A stretch of DNA of 45,162 nucleotides, from positions 1 through 45,162 of the forward strand of contig JANLWX010000091.1 in NCBI GenBank assembly GCA_031364845.1, written 5' to 3'. The position numbers and the translations under genes are program-made. Origin of the DNA: Candidatus Eiseniibacteriota bacterium (GTDB lineage: Bacteria > Eisenbacteria > RBG-16-71-46). The notes under the pieces are model-generated. The model had not been told where the DNA came from. It searched no databases and was given only the letters and a program-made list of their open reading frames with translations. Below are positions 26,516-36,807 of this stretch, piece after piece; position 1 is the first letter of the stretch, and the number at the start of each line of letters is the position of its first letter.

Positions 26516-28945
26516 GTGTCCCTCCCGCCACCGCACGCCGCCGCCCGCTTCATACCCGGCTCCGTGCTGCTCGACCGCTTCCGCATCGTCGAGCGGATCG
26601 GGCACGGCGCGAGCGGCGAAGTCTACCGCGCCGACGATCTTAGGCTCGGCCAGCCGGTGGCGCTCAAGTTCCTCCCGCGCGAAATCGGCGACCAGCCCGC
26701 GCGCCTGCAGGCGCTGTTCGCTGAGGTGCGTCTCGCGCGGCACGTCTCGCATCCGGGCGTGTGCCGCGTGCACGACATCGTGGAATGGGACGGCACGCAT
26801 GCGCTTTCGATGGAGTTCGTCGACGGCGAGGACCTCGCATCGCTGTTGCGCCGCATCGGGCGCTTGCCGGCCGACAAGGTGGTGGCGCTCGCACACGAAC
26901 TGTGCGCGGGACTCGCGGCGATGCACGAGCAGGGCGTACTCCATCGCGACTTGAAACCCGCGAACGTGATGATCGACGGCCGCGGGCACGCGCGCATCAC
27001 CGACTTCGGTCTTGCGGAACTGCACGGTCACCGGGGCGAGCCCGACACGATCGCCGGCACGCCCGCCTACATGGCGCCGGAGGCGTTCGTCGCGGGACAC
27101 AGTCCCACGGTGCAGAGCGATCTGTATGGACTGGGCCTCGTGCTCTACGAAATCGCGACCGGATGCCCGGCATTCGAAGCGGCCACGGTGCGTGACATCA
27201 TCCGGCTGCGCACCGAAGGCCCGCCGCGCGCGCCGTCGGATCACGTGCGCGAACTCGATCCCGCGCTGGAGCGCGCCATCATGCGGTGTCTCGATCCGGA
27301 TCCGGCCCGGCGCCCGCGCTCCGCGCGCGCGGTGGCCGCCGTGTTGCCGGGCGGAGACCGGCTGGCGGCGGCGATCGCCGCCGGCGAAATCCCCGCACCC
27401 GACATGGTCGCCTCGGCGACCACGCGCGCGGACGCGTTGCGGCGCGCGACCGCGTGGTTGTGCATGACGGCGCTGGTCGCGGGACTGGCACTCGTGGTCG
27501 TCGTGGCGCCGCGTACGCGTCTCGTGCCCACGCTCATGATTCCCGAGCCTGCCGAGTCGATGGCGGAGCACGCACGCGCATTGCTGCGCGAACGCGGCAT
27601 CGCGCGTCCCGCAGCGGACCGTGCCTACGGCTTCGAGTACGACGAGTCCGTGATCGACCGCATGGCGGGCAATCCGTCACGCGCGCAATGGCACAATCTC
27701 TCGGAGGTGAGCCCGCCGGTCGTGACCTTCTGGTATCGCGAGAGCCCCGCACCGATGGTACCGGCGGGCCCGCGTTACCGCGTGTCGTATGTCGATCCCC
27801 CGTGGGCTTCGGGGATGACCGGGGTTCGTCTCGGCACCCGGGGGGATCTCGTGCAGATCGATGGTCCGCTGGGAACGGGACTGCCGCTGGCGCATCCGCC
27901 GGAGGCCTCCGCGATCGCGGGTGCAGATATCGACGCGCGTCCGGGGCGTGCCGGGCTCAGCACCAGCGGCCGCGATCCGGTCAGCGTCACGCGCCTGTTC
28001 GCGCATGCATTCCGACCCGCAATGTTCCTCGCCTCGATGCTGATCGGTGCGTGGCTCGCGCGTCGCAACCTGCGCCGTGGACGCGTCGACACGCGCCGCG
28101 CGCTGCGGGTGGCGGTTGCGATGGCGGCCCTGCGCGCGCTGTCGTGGGTGTTCGGCGCCCATCTCACGGCCGCGAGCGCGACCGAGCAGATCCGCTCGGT
28201 GCTCGCCTGGGGCCTCTACGATTTCGCCTACGGAGGTTTGTTCTACGTGGCGGTCGAACCCTACGCACGCCAGTTCTGGCCGCGCCTGCTCGTGGCGTGG
28301 GCGCGGCTCGTCGATGGAAGACACGCCGATGCGCGCGTCGGCCGCGATCTGCTGCTCGGGTCGCTCACCGGAACCGCGCTCGCGCTGATGGTCGCCGCGC
28401 ACCAGGCGGCACCCGCGTGGTTCGGCGCTCCCCCCGGGCGCCCCGACAACGTCGGCTACATCGAGCATCAACTCGCCTCATTGCTCGGCACGCGCCAGCA
28501 GATCGCCGAGATCCTCGGGCTGCTGCATTCGAACGTGGTCCTCATCATGGGCTTCGTCGTGATTCTGGTCGTGGCGCGCCTCCTCCTGCGCCGCACCGCG
28601 CTGGCGATAATCGCGTCGTTCCTGGTGTTCGCGCCGCAAGCCCTGCCGCGGGGCGATTTCTTCGCGATCGACATCACGCTCGCCGCACTCTCGACGCTGT
28701 TGCTGCTCGGGGTTCTGATGCGCTTCGGGTTGCTCGCGGCCATGGTCGGGCTCGCGACGCACACGCTGCTGCAGTCCGCACCGATCGGGATGGGGATGCA
28801 ATCGTGGCCCGCGATCCGGACGGTCGTGGTGCTCGCGATCGTGCTCGGTATCGGCGTCTACGGATTCTGGCGATCGCTCACGCGGCCCGCAGCGATCGAA
28901 GACGTGCTGTTCCCGGCACCGGCCATTCGACCGCGCGGCGCGTGA
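26516..28945 (+). CDS. Hanks-type Ser/Thr protein kinase with multi-TM C-terminal region
   Basis: IGHGASGEV, VALK, HRDLKPAN, DFG, GTPAYMAPE, SDLYGLG; one TM, an extracytoplasmic segment, then about 8 TMs. GTG start 1 nt after the activator stop. Confidence 0.9.
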   Translation: MSLPPPHAAARFIPGSVLLDRFRIVERIGHGASGEVYRADDLRLGQPVALKFLPREIGDQPARLQALFAEVRLARHVSHPGVCRVHDIVEWDGTHALSMEFVDGEDLASLLRRIGRLPADKVVALAHELCAGLAAMHEQGVLHRDLKPANVMIDGRGHARITDFGLAELHGHRGEPDTIAGTPAYMAPEAFVAGHSPTVQSDLYGLGLVLYEIATGCPAFEAATVRDIIRLRTEGPPRAPSDHVRELDPALERAIMRCLDPDPARRPRSARAVAAVLPGGDRLAAAIAAGEIPAPDMVASATTRADALRRATAWLCMTALVAGLALVVVVAPRTRLVPTLMIPEPAESMAEHARALLRERGIARPAADRAYGFEYDESVIDRMAGNPSRAQWHNLSEVSPPVVTFWYRESPAPMVPAGPRYRVSYVDPPWASGMTGVRLGTRGDLVQIDGPLGTGLPLAHPPEASAIAGADIDARPGRAGLSTSGRDPVSVTRLFAHAFRPAMFLASMLIGAWLARRNLRRGRVDTRRALRVAVAMAALRALSWVFGAHLTAASATEQIRSVLAWGLYDFAYGGLFYVAVEPYARQFWPRLLVAWARLVDGRHADARVGRDLLLGSLTGTALALMVAAHQAAPAWFGAPPGRPDNVGYIEHQLASLLGTRQQIAEILGLLHSNVVLIMGFVVILVVARLLLRRTALAIIASFLVFAPQALPRGDFFAIDITLAALSTLLLLGVLMRFGLLAAMVGLATHTLLQSAPIGMGMQSWPAIRTVVVLAIVLGIGVYGFWRSLTRPAAIEDVLFPAPAIRPRGA

Positions 28946-28949
28946 AGGG

Positions 28950-29570
28950 TCAGCGAAGCCGGTCGAGATCCAGCGGATATTCGATATAGCGCGCGGTCTC
29001 TTCCGCGACCGCTCGTCCGCAGCGCCGCTCGACGACCCGGAACGCCATGTCGATTCCGGCTGAGACGCCGGCCGAGGTCACGACACCGTCCTCCACCACG
29101 CGGCGTTCACGCTCGACGAGCGCGGGGTCGTGCAAAGTGGCGAGCAGATCGAGGGCCGCCCAGTGTGTGGTCGCGCGCCTGCCGGCCAGCACTCCGCTCT
29201 TCGCGAGCAAGAGCGCCCCGGTGCACACGGACGTCGTGAGCCGTGCCGCGCGGGAACGCGCGGCGATCCACTCGAGCACCGCGTGATCCTCGAGCAGAGG
29301 GCGCGTTCCGAAACCGCCGGGCACCACCAGCAGATCGATCGGCGGCGCATCGTCGAATCCGTGATGCGGGGTGACGACGAGCCCGCCGGTCGCGCGAATT
29401 GGCGCGATCGTGCGCGCAACCGTGAACACGTCGAACGGCGCGTGTTCGTCGGTGCGGCGCGAATCGGCCCCCGCGACCGTTCGCGTACGCGAGAACACTT
29501 CGAAGGGTCCGGCGAAATCCAGCACTTCGACATCGTCGAAGATCAGGATCCCGGTGCGCCACCGTTCCAT
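28950..29570 (-). CDS. DJ-1/PfpI family protein
   Basis: FDDVEVLDFAGPFEVF, VVPGG, SVCTGA, ATTHW, TSAGVSAGID. Confidence 0.9.
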   Translation of the reverse strand: MERWRTGILIFDDVEVLDFAGPFEVFSRTRTVAGADSRRTDEHAPFDVFTVARTIAPIRATGGLVVTPHHGFDDAPPIDLLVVPGGFGTRPLLEDHAVLEWIAARSRAARLTTSVCTGALLLAKSGVLAGRRATTHWAALDLLATLHDPALVERERRVVEDGVVTSAGVSAGIDMAFRVVERRCGRAVAEETARYIEYPLDLDRLR

Positions 29571-29631
29571 TACGGCACCCGCGACCCGAAGCGCGCGGGG
29601 TTGCCGCTCCGGTACGTCCGCCGCGCCGCGA

Positions 29632-31776
29632 TCAGAACGCCGCGATCTCGCGGATCGCGCGCACCAGCGTGTCCTTCTGCGGCAGGATCACGTCCTCGAG
29701 CTGCGGCGAGTAGGCGACCGGAGTATCCAACGCCGCCACGCGGCGCACCGGAGCGTCGAGGTCCATGAAGCACTCGTTCGCCACACGGGCCGCGACTTCG
29801 GCGCCGTAGCCGCAGAACATCGTGTCCTCGTGCGCCACGATCACGCGGCCGGTCTTCACGACCGACTTCGCCACCGATTCGAAGTCGAGCGGCTGGATCG
29901 TGCGCAGGTCGATCACTTCGGTGTCGATCCCCTCTTCGGCCAGCTCCTGTGCGGCGAGATAACTGCGCTGGACCAGTGCGCCGTACGTCACGAGCGTCAC
30001 GTCGCTTCCCTCGCGCACGATCCGCGCGCGGCCGAACGGCAGCGTGTAGTCGGCGCCGGGGTACGGGGACTTGGCGTACGGCTGACGGTAGAGATGCTTG
30101 TGCTCGAGGAACAGCACCGGATCTTCGCAACGCATCGCCGTGCGCAGCAGTCCCACGGCATCTTCCGCGTTGCTTGGCAGCACGACCCGCAGTCCGGGGC
30201 AATGGGCGAAGATGCTTTCGCCGCACTGGCTGTGGTACGGAGCGCCGCCGCGCAGGTAGCCGCCGTACGCGGTGCGGATCACGACCGGTGCGCTGAACGC
30301 ATTGTTCGAGCGATACCGCATGTAGCCGAGTTCGTTTCTGATCTGCATCATCGCAGGCCAGATGTAGTCGAAGAACTGGATCTCGACCACCGGCTTCCAG
30401 CCGAGCGTGGCGAGCCCGATCGCGCGCCCGACGATGTTGGCCTCGGCGAGCGGCGAGTTGTACACACGCTTGCCGCCGAACGCCTTCTGCAGGCCCCACG
30501 TCACGCCGAACACGCCACCCTTGCCCTTCATGTCCGCGAGCACCTCTTCGCGTGAGGCGTCGGCGACGTCCTCGCCGAACAGGATCACGCGCGGGTTGCG
30601 GGTCATCTCATCGCGCAGGCAGTAGTTGATGCTCTGGAGCATGGTCTCGGCCTGCTGGCCCGGTTCGGGCCGCGGCTCGACGGCGAAGCGGTCCGACGAC
30701 GGATCGACATCGGGCGAGAACACGAACGCGGTCGCGGTATGGAGCGGCGGCTGCTTGCTCGTAGTCGCCGCCTCGGCATCCGCGCGCAGGCTCGCGTCGA
30801 TCTCCTGATGCAGGCGCTCGAGCGATTCGGCCGTGAGCATGCCTTCGTCCACCAGGAACCGGGAGTAGGTCTTGAGGCAGTCCTTCTCGGACTCGGCCTC
30901 GCGCTCCGAGACCGAGCGGTACTTGGTTTCGTCGTCCGACATCGAGTGGGAATACGGTCGCGTCACCAGGGCGCGCACGAGTGCGGGGCCTTTGCGCTGA
31001 CGGCAGTATTCGACCGCCTCCTTCAGAATTCCGTACGACTCGATCGGATCGTTGCCGTTGATCTCGCCGACCCACTTGAGGTTCGGGAAGTTGCGCACCA
31101 GCTGCGCCACGTTGCCGCCCGCGGTCTGTACGTCGACCGGCACCGAGATCGCGTAGCCGTTGTCTTCGATCAGGAACAGCACCGGAAGCTTGAGATTGCA
31201 CGCGCTGTTGAGCGCCTCCCAGAACTCGCCCTCGCTGGTGGTGCCGTCACCCGAGGACACGTAGACGACTTCGTCGCCCTTCGCAAGTCCGGAGAGTGAA
31301 GGGTGCTGTCCCTGGAGATCCACGTACTTCACGATCGCCTCGGCGGCTCCGACGGCCTGGAGGTACTGGGTTCCGGTCGGGCTCGACTGCGACACGATGT
31401 TGAGCGCCTTGTGACCCCAGTGGCTCGGCATCTGACGCCCGCCGGAATTGGGATCCTCGGCCGAGGCAACCGCCGACAGGAACATCTCGCGCGGCGTCAT
31501 GCCGAGTTCCAGGCACAGCGCGCGATCGCGGTAGTAAGGATAGAACCAGTCGTATCCCGGCCGCAGCACCTTCCCCGCCGCCGCGAGCACCGCCTCGTGC
31601 CCGGCACCCGAGATCTGGAAGAAGATCTTGTCCAGCTTCTTCAACCGGATCTCCTCGTCGTCGGTCTTGCGCGACGTGTACATCGTCCGGTAGAGGCCGA
31701 CCAGCTCCTCGGCGGTGAGGCCGTGGTAGCGCGGGGGAACAGGTGTCGAGGTCGCAGTCGTCCGGGTGGCCGCCAT
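29632..31776 (-). CDS. Fused E1 alpha/beta 2-oxoacid dehydrogenase (branched-chain type likely)
   Basis: GAGHEA, PYYRD, TPP motif GDGTTSEG...[14 protein letters not shown]; beta half GEDV, PLAE, EIQFFDY, HSQ, EHKHLY. Confidence 0.9.
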   Translation of the reverse strand: MAATRTTATSTPVPPRYHGLTAEELVGLYRTMYTSRKTDDEEIRLKKLDKIFFQISGAGHEAVLAAAGKVLRPGYDWFYPYYRDRALCLELGMTPREMFLSAVASAEDPNSGGRQMPSHWGHKALNIVSQSSPTGTQYLQAVGAAEAIVKYVDLQGQHPSLSGLAKGDEVVYVSSGDGTTSEGEFWEALNSACNLKLPVLFLIEDNGYAISVPVDVQTAGGNVAQLVRNFPNLKWVGEINGNDPIESYGILKEAVEYCRQRKGPALVRALVTRPYSHSMSDDETKYRSVSEREAESEKDCLKTYSRFLVDEGMLTAESLERLHQEIDASLRADAEAATTSKQPPLHTATAFVFSPDVDPSSDRFAVEPRPEPGQQAETMLQSINYCLRDEMTRNPRVILFGEDVADASREEVLADMKGKGGVFGVTWGLQKAFGGKRVYNSPLAEANIVGRAIGLATLGWKPVVEIQFFDYIWPAMMQIRNELGYMRYRSNNAFSAPVVIRTAYGGYLRGGAPYHSQCGESIFAHCPGLRVVLPSNAEDAVGLLRTAMRCEDPVLFLEHKHLYRQPYAKSPYPGADYTLPFGRARIVREGSDVTLVTYGALVQRSYLAAQELAEEGIDTEVIDLRTIQPLDFESVAKSVVKTGRVIVAHEDTMFCGYGAEVAARVANECFMDLDAPVRRVAALDTPVAYSPQLEDVILPQKDTLVRAIREIAAF

Positions 31777-31822
31777 GAAGATGCTCCCTGTCAGTCGAAG
31801 GAGGAGAACGCAATCGGCGTCA

Positions 31823-31852
31823 AGAATACTCGACGCGGCGTGGGGGCATCAA
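31823..31852 (-). promoter_or_regulatory. Putative sigma70 promoter for the E1 gene
   Basis: Minus strand TTGATG-N18-TATTCT, about 45 bp upstream of the ATG. Confidence 0.45.
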
Positions 31853-31933
31853 TGATCGACGCGCGGGAGAATCCGGCCCCCGACGATGGAGAGAAAACCG
31901 ACTCCGACCGGGCATCGGCACCCGCCGCGCCGT

Positions 31934-33646
31934 TCAGTACCCCATCGCCGCGCCGTCCTTGCGCTTCTCGGTGGCACCGCCGTACATGCCGGTCTTGGGA
32001 TCGCGCCAGATCGCCTGATATCCGCCGTAGGCGCCGACCGATTCGGGCTCGATGCGATGCCCGCGGCGCCGCAGCTCGGTGAGCAGTGAGTCGGAGATGC
32101 CGGGCTCGATGTGAAGGATGCCGCCGTCGGTCATCACGGTGCCGGTCGGCTCGGTCGAACCGGTGTGGTGGAAGCGCACCGCGTCGCCCGCCTCCTGCAA
32201 GTTCATTCCGAGGTCGAACAGATTCACGAGCACCTGCGCGTGTCCTTGCGGCTGCATGTCGCCGCCCATGAGTCCGAACGCCATCAGGGGCACGCTGTCG
32301 CGCGTGACGAACGCCGGGATGATCGTGTGGAACGGACGCTTGCCAGGCTCGAGGTAGTTCGCGTGTCCCTTCTGGAGCGAGAACAAAGCACCGCGATTCT
32401 GAAGTCCGAAGCCCAGCTCGGGCACCACGTAGCCGGATCCGAAGCCGGTGTAGTTGCTCTGGATCAGCGCCACCATCATGCCGCTCGAATCCGCCGTGCA
32501 GAGGAACGTGGTCTCGCGGCGGTTCAGGATCGGGAAGTCGCCGGGCGCATCGGTGAGTGCGGCCTTCTGCATGTCGATCTTCTTCGCGCGTTTCTTCGCG
32601 TAGTCCTTCGACAGCAGCTGCTCGACCGGCAGCTTCGCGAACGCGGGATCGGAGTAGTACTTCGCGCGATCGGCGAACGCGAGCTTCTTCGCCTCGACCA
32701 TCACATGCCAGAAGTCGGCGGAGTTGCGTCCGAGCTTCGCGAGATCGAAGTTCTCGAGGATGTTGAGCATCTGGAGTGCCGCGAGCCCCTGCCCGTTCGG
32801 CGGCAGCTCCCACACCGTGTATCCGCGGTACGTGGTCGAGATCGGATCGTCCCAGGTCGACTTGTGCTTCACGAAGTCGTCCTTCTTGAAGAAGCCTTTG
32901 TGGGCGGTCGAGAAGCTCACGATCGCGTCGGCGATCGGTCCGGCGTAGAACGAGCGCGGACCGCGATCACTGATGGAGCGCAGCGTGCGCGCGAGCGCCG
33001 GATTGCGGAACACCTCGCCTTCCTTCGGCGCCCTGCCGCCGGGCATGAACACTTCACGGAAGCCCGGCTTCTCGGAGAAGCGCGCGACCGAGCGCTCCCA
33101 GTCCGAGGCGATCACGGGCGACAGCGGGAATCCTTCGTCCGCGTAGCGAATCGCATCGCCGAGGTTCTGCCTCATGTTCAGGCGGCCGAACTTCTTGTGG
33201 AGCTCGAACCACGCATCCACCGTCCCCGGTACCGTCCACGCATATGGCGAGTAGAGCGGAATCGTCCCGTCGGAATCGGGCGGCACCATTTCGGCGGTCA
33301 GCCCCATCGGCGCGCGGCCCGATCCGTTGAGCCCGTAGAGCTTCTTCGTCTCGGGATCCCACACCAGCGCGAACAGATCGCCGCCCATCCCGTTCGCGGT
33401 CGGTTCCATCAGCCCGAGACACGCGTTCACGGCGATCGCGGCGTCCACGGCACTCCCGCCGCGGCGCAGGATGTCGAGGCCCGCCTGCACCGCGAGCGGC
33501 TGGGAGGCGCACACCATGCCGTGCGGCGCCCACACCATCGAGCGGGTGGCATTGCCGCGTGCGGCGAAGGTGGTCTGGTCCGTGCCCTCGATCATGATGA
33601 GCGCCACCGCGAACAGGGCGACGAAGACGGCGCGAACACACCGCAT
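31934..33646 (-). CDS. ggt: Gamma-glutamyltransferase (exported)
   Basis: GGSAVDAAIA, GMGGDLF, VPGTV, PPNGQG, nucleophile ETT, LQNRG, PGKRPFHTIIP, MGGDMQPQGH; signal peptide. Confidence 0.92.
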   Translation of the reverse strand: MRCVRAVFVALFAVALIMIEGTDQTTFAARGNATRSMVWAPHGMVCASQPLAVQAGLDILRRGGSAVDAAIAVNACLGLMEPTANGMGGDLFALVWDPETKKLYGLNGSGRAPMGLTAEMVPPDSDGTIPLYSPYAWTVPGTVDAWFELHKKFGRLNMRQNLGDAIRYADEGFPLSPVIASDWERSVARFSEKPGFREVFMPGGRAPKEGEVFRNPALARTLRSISDRGPRSFYAGPIADAIVSFSTAHKGFFKKDDFVKHKSTWDDPISTTYRGYTVWELPPNGQGLAALQMLNILENFDLAKLGRNSADFWHVMVEAKKLAFADRAKYYSDPAFAKLPVEQLLSKDYAKKRAKKIDMQKAALTDAPGDFPILNRRETTFLCTADSSGMMVALIQSNYTGFGSGYVVPELGFGLQNRGALFSLQKGHANYLEPGKRPFHTIIPAFVTRDSVPLMAFGLMGGDMQPQGHAQVLVNLFDLGMNLQEAGDAVRFHHTGSTEPTGTVMTDGGILHIEPGISDSLLTELRRRGHRIEPESVGAYGGYQAIWRDPKTGMYGGATEKRKDGAAMGY

Positions 33647-33915
33647 GCGGGAACCTCCAGGAGGATCGTTCGGGGAGTCACGCGCACCACGTTATTCGAC
33701 GCCCGCACGGCGCGCAACGCCGACGCCGGACCGCTGCGCGCGGGCTCTGCGAGTGCCGTACCACGCATCGTTTGGCCGGCCGCGAGACGTGCCCCTATAC
33801 TCCGGCGGTTTGGCGCCCCCACTCCGTCCCGCCGCACACGAATCCCGCGCCGATCGTGCAGCGGACGCGCAGCCCATCGACAGGTCCGTACGACGCTCAT
33901 TCTAAGGAGCCCCGC

Positions 33916-35103
33916 ATGCCACGCTTCACCGGCGTCGATTTCTACGAGATCGCCAGCCTGCTCACGGAAGAGGAAATCCAGATCCGCGATCACGTTCGCG
34001 ACTGGGTCGAGGATCGCTTTCTGCCGGTGATCGAAGAGGCCTACGAAGGTGCTTACTTTCCCAAGGACCTGATCCCCGAGATCGCCGGCATGGGTCTGCT
34101 CGGAGCCACACTGCCGGAGAAGTACGGCTGCGCGGGCGTGTCCCCCACCGCCTACGGACTCGCGATGCAGGAACTGGAGCGCGGCGATTCGGGCCTGCGC
34201 TCGTTCGCCTCGGTGCAGGGCTCGCTCGTGATGTACCCGATCTATGCGTACGGATCGGAAGAGCAGCGCATGAAGTGGCTGCCGAAGCTCGCGAAGGGCG
34301 AAGCGATCGGTTGCTTCGGGCTCACCGAGCCCGACTTCGGATCGGATCCGGCCGGCATGATCACGCGCGCGAAGCCTGCCTCCGGAGGCTACGTGCTGAA
34401 CGGCGCCAAGATGTGGATCACCAACGGCACCGTGTCCGATGTCGCAGTGGTGTGGGCCAAACTGCCGGACGCGGAACTCGGGCGCGAGGTGATCCGCGGG
34501 TTCCTGGTCGAGAAGGGCATGAAGGGGTTCTCGGCTCCGGAGCAGAAGCGCAAGCACTCGCTGCGCGCCTCGGTGACGAGCGAGTTGATCCTCCAGGACG
34601 TGTTCGTTCCGGAAGAGAACCTGCTTCCGAACGTAAAGGGTCTGAAGGGCCCGCTCGGCTGTCTGTCGCAGGCGCGTTTCGGCATCGCCTTCGGCGTGGT
34701 CGGTGCGGCGATGGCGTGTTTCCATTCGGCCGCCGAGTATTCGAAGAGCCGGATCATGTTCGGCAAGCCGATCGGCTCCTACCAGCTCGTGCAGGCGGAG
34801 CTCGCCGACATGTTGACCGAGATCACCAAGGCACAGCTCTTGTGCGTCCAGCTCGGACGCATGAAGGAGCGCGGCACGGTCACGCCGGAACAGGTCTCGC
34901 TCGCCAAGCGCAACAACTGCGAGATCGCGCTCGACATCGCGCGGCGCTCGCGCGACATCCTGGGCGCCAACGGCATCACGGCGGAGTATCCGGTGATGCG
35001 CCACATGTGCAACCTCGAGTCGGTTAAGACCTACGAGGGCACGCACAACATCCACACGCTGGTGCTCGGCGAAGCGGTGACGGGGATCGCGGCGTACCGA
35101 TAG
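33916..35103 (+). CDS. Acyl-CoA dehydrogenase, glutaryl-CoA dehydrogenase-like
   Basis: ELERGDSGLRSFASVQ, GCFGLTEPDFGSD, KMWITNG, LGANGI, TYEGT; SD AAGGAG before ATG 33916. Confidence 0.88.
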   Translation: MPRFTGVDFYEIASLLTEEEIQIRDHVRDWVEDRFLPVIEEAYEGAYFPKDLIPEIAGMGLLGATLPEKYGCAGVSPTAYGLAMQELERGDSGLRSFASVQGSLVMYPIYAYGSEEQRMKWLPKLAKGEAIGCFGLTEPDFGSDPAGMITRAKPASGGYVLNGAKMWITNGTVSDVAVVWAKLPDAELGREVIRGFLVEKGMKGFSAPEQKRKHSLRASVTSELILQDVFVPEENLLPNVKGLKGPLGCLSQARFGIAFGVVGAAMACFHSAAEYSKSRIMFGKPIGSYQLVQAELADMLTEITKAQLLCVQLGRMKERGTVTPEQVSLAKRNNCEIALDIARRSRDILGANGITAEYPVMRHMCNLESVKTYEGTHNIHTLVLGEAVTGIAAYR

Positions 35104-35126
35104 CGGCGCTGCATCCCAACGATGCA

Positions 35127-35167
35127 CAAACGGCCCGGTCGAGTGCTTTCGACCGGGCCGTCGTCTT
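35127..35167. terminator. Bidirectional terminator
   Basis: 13-bp stem ACGGCCCGGTCGA/TCGACCGGGCCGT (35130-35161) between convergent genes. Confidence 0.7.
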
Positions 35168-35174
35168 GCCGGAA

Positions 35175-35792
35175 CTACTTCTGCGACGCGTCCGAGAACG
35201 AGAACGAGATGCGTCCCGTGACGGTGTAGAACTGGGCGGACTTCTTGTCGCCGTCTGCCTCTTCAATCGCGTCCGAAACGTTGTGGATCAGACCTTCGAT
35301 GCCGAATCCGATCGGATTGCCGGCCGGATGGATCATCAGGCCCGCGCCGCCGAGGAATCCGACCTTGTTCGTCTTGTCCTCGGCCGAAACGCCCGAGCCC
35401 GTGACTTCGGTCTTCATGTTGTACATGCCGAGTCCGGCCTTGAGGTACGGATGCACGACGGCTTCCGGCATGAAGGCCAGGGCGCCGTTCACGCCGTAGT
35501 TGAACAGCGTGAACTTGATCTCGTCGACACCCGGGAAGTCGTCCACGATCTCGTCCTTCGCCTTGGTGCTGTTGAAGTCGAGATTCGCACCGAGCGAGAA
35601 CATCGGGGTGACGTTGTAGTCCAGGAACACGCCGAGCACGTATCCGGCCTTCGCGAGATCGCCATAGTCGCCGCTCGGAACATGCAGACCCGCCTGGCCA
35701 CCGCCGGTCCATTCGCCCTTCGAAACTCCTGCAAACGAAGCTGTCGTCGCCAGCATCAGGGCGAGTGCCGCCATCATCATGGTTTTCTTCAT
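35175..35792 (-). CDS. Outer-membrane beta-barrel protein (OmpA-like 8-stranded porin family)
   Basis: Signal peptide MKKT...SFA, amphipathic strands, HPYLKAGLG, GGAG motifs; strong SD AGGAGG. Confidence 0.85.
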   Translation of the reverse strand: MKKTMMMAALALMLATTASFAGVSKGEWTGGGQAGLHVPSGDYGDLAKAGYVLGVFLDYNVTPMFSLGANLDFNSTKAKDEIVDDFPGVDEIKFTLFNYGVNGALAFMPEAVVHPYLKAGLGMYNMKTEVTGSGVSAEDKTNKVGFLGGAGLMIHPAGNPIGFGIEGLIHNVSDAIEEADGDKKSAQFYTVTGRISFSFSDASQK

Positions 35793-35998
35793 CGTTCCTC
35801 CTTGAAAGAGTGGTGCTCCGAAACGGGGAGCCGGGGACCTGCCCGGGTACCGCTACCCCAACCCCTCCGGGCTGTCAATGCCCTCGTTCGACGGCCGGTG
35901 CGCAAGCAGCTTCAACTCAGGCCCCCTAACGTGCAATGGCACTCCGACTTCGCTACGGTGCTCGTCCACCATGTCAGGAATTGCCCCGAGGTCCTCCG

Positions 35999-36661
35999 AT
36001 GCCCCTGTTCCGCTCAAAATCCCATTCGCCTGACGAGGGTCCGGGCGGCGTACCAGGGCCTTCGCCGCTGTCGGAATCCAGCGCCCCCGCCGACCCCTTC
36101 GAGCTGTTTCGCGCCTGGTTCGCGGTAGCCAGCGCATCGGTACCCGAGCCCGAAGCCATGACGCTCGCAACCGCCGGTCCCGACGGGCGGCCTTCGGCGC
36201 GTATGGTCCTCTTGCGCGGGGTCGATGCGCGCGGGTTCGTTTTCTTCACGAACTACGAGAGCCGCAAAGGGCGGGAGCTCGAAGCCAATCCTCGCGCGGC
36301 ACTGGTGCTCTACTGGGCGCCGCTCCATCGCCAGGTGCGCATCGAGGGCCGCGTCGCGCGTGTGACCGCCGCGGAGTCCGATGCCTACTTCGCCACGCGC
36401 GCCGCCGGGAGCCGCATCAGCGCCGCAGCATCGCCACAGAGCACGGTCATCGCCGGGCGCGAACCGCTCGAGCGGCGCGTGCGCGAGTTGTCGGCGGAGC
36501 ACGCCGAACGGCTGATCGCGCGCCCTGTGTTCTGGGGCGGCTTCCGCGTGCAGCCCGATGCGATCGAATTCTGGCAGGCCGGAGAACACCGGCTGCACGA
36601 TCGCATCCGCTATCGAAGCCTCGCCGATGGCGGCTGGGTGATCGAGCGGCTCGCGCCGTGA
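35999..36661 (+). CDS. pdxH: Pyridoxine/pyridoxamine 5'-phosphate oxidase
   Basis: AMTLAT, PSARMVLL, FFTNYESRKG, RQVRIEG, EFWQ...RLHDR, RLAP C-terminus. Confidence 0.95.
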   Translation: MPLFRSKSHSPDEGPGGVPGPSPLSESSAPADPFELFRAWFAVASASVPEPEAMTLATAGPDGRPSARMVLLRGVDARGFVFFTNYESRKGRELEANPRAALVLYWAPLHRQVRIEGRVARVTAAESDAYFATRAAGSRISAAASPQSTVIAGREPLERRVRELSAEHAERLIARPVFWGGFRVQPDAIEFWQAGEHRLHDRIRYRSLADGGWVIERLAP

Positions 36662-36686
36662 GGGAGCGCGACCGGCCCGCTGCGCC

Positions 36687-36719
36687 GACCGTCCATCCCC
36701 CGCTTTCGACCGCCGGTCG
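36687..36719 (+). promoter_or_regulatory. Putative LytTR-type operator, copy 1
   Basis: GACCGTCCATC...GACCGCCGGTC direct repeats with 21-bp period; 27/33 identical to 38110-38142. Confidence 0.6.
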
Positions 36720-36807
36720 GTGCGAGTATGGTCCGCCGTCGCCCGGCGCAGGAGTGTAGGTCGCGCGCGGTCGCATCCACGCCACCGCGAACCTGGAGCA
36801 CGACCCG

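Noticed and set aside
35937..35953. TGGCAC upstream of pdxH as a sigma54 promoter
   Set aside because: No GC at the required GG-N10-GC position.
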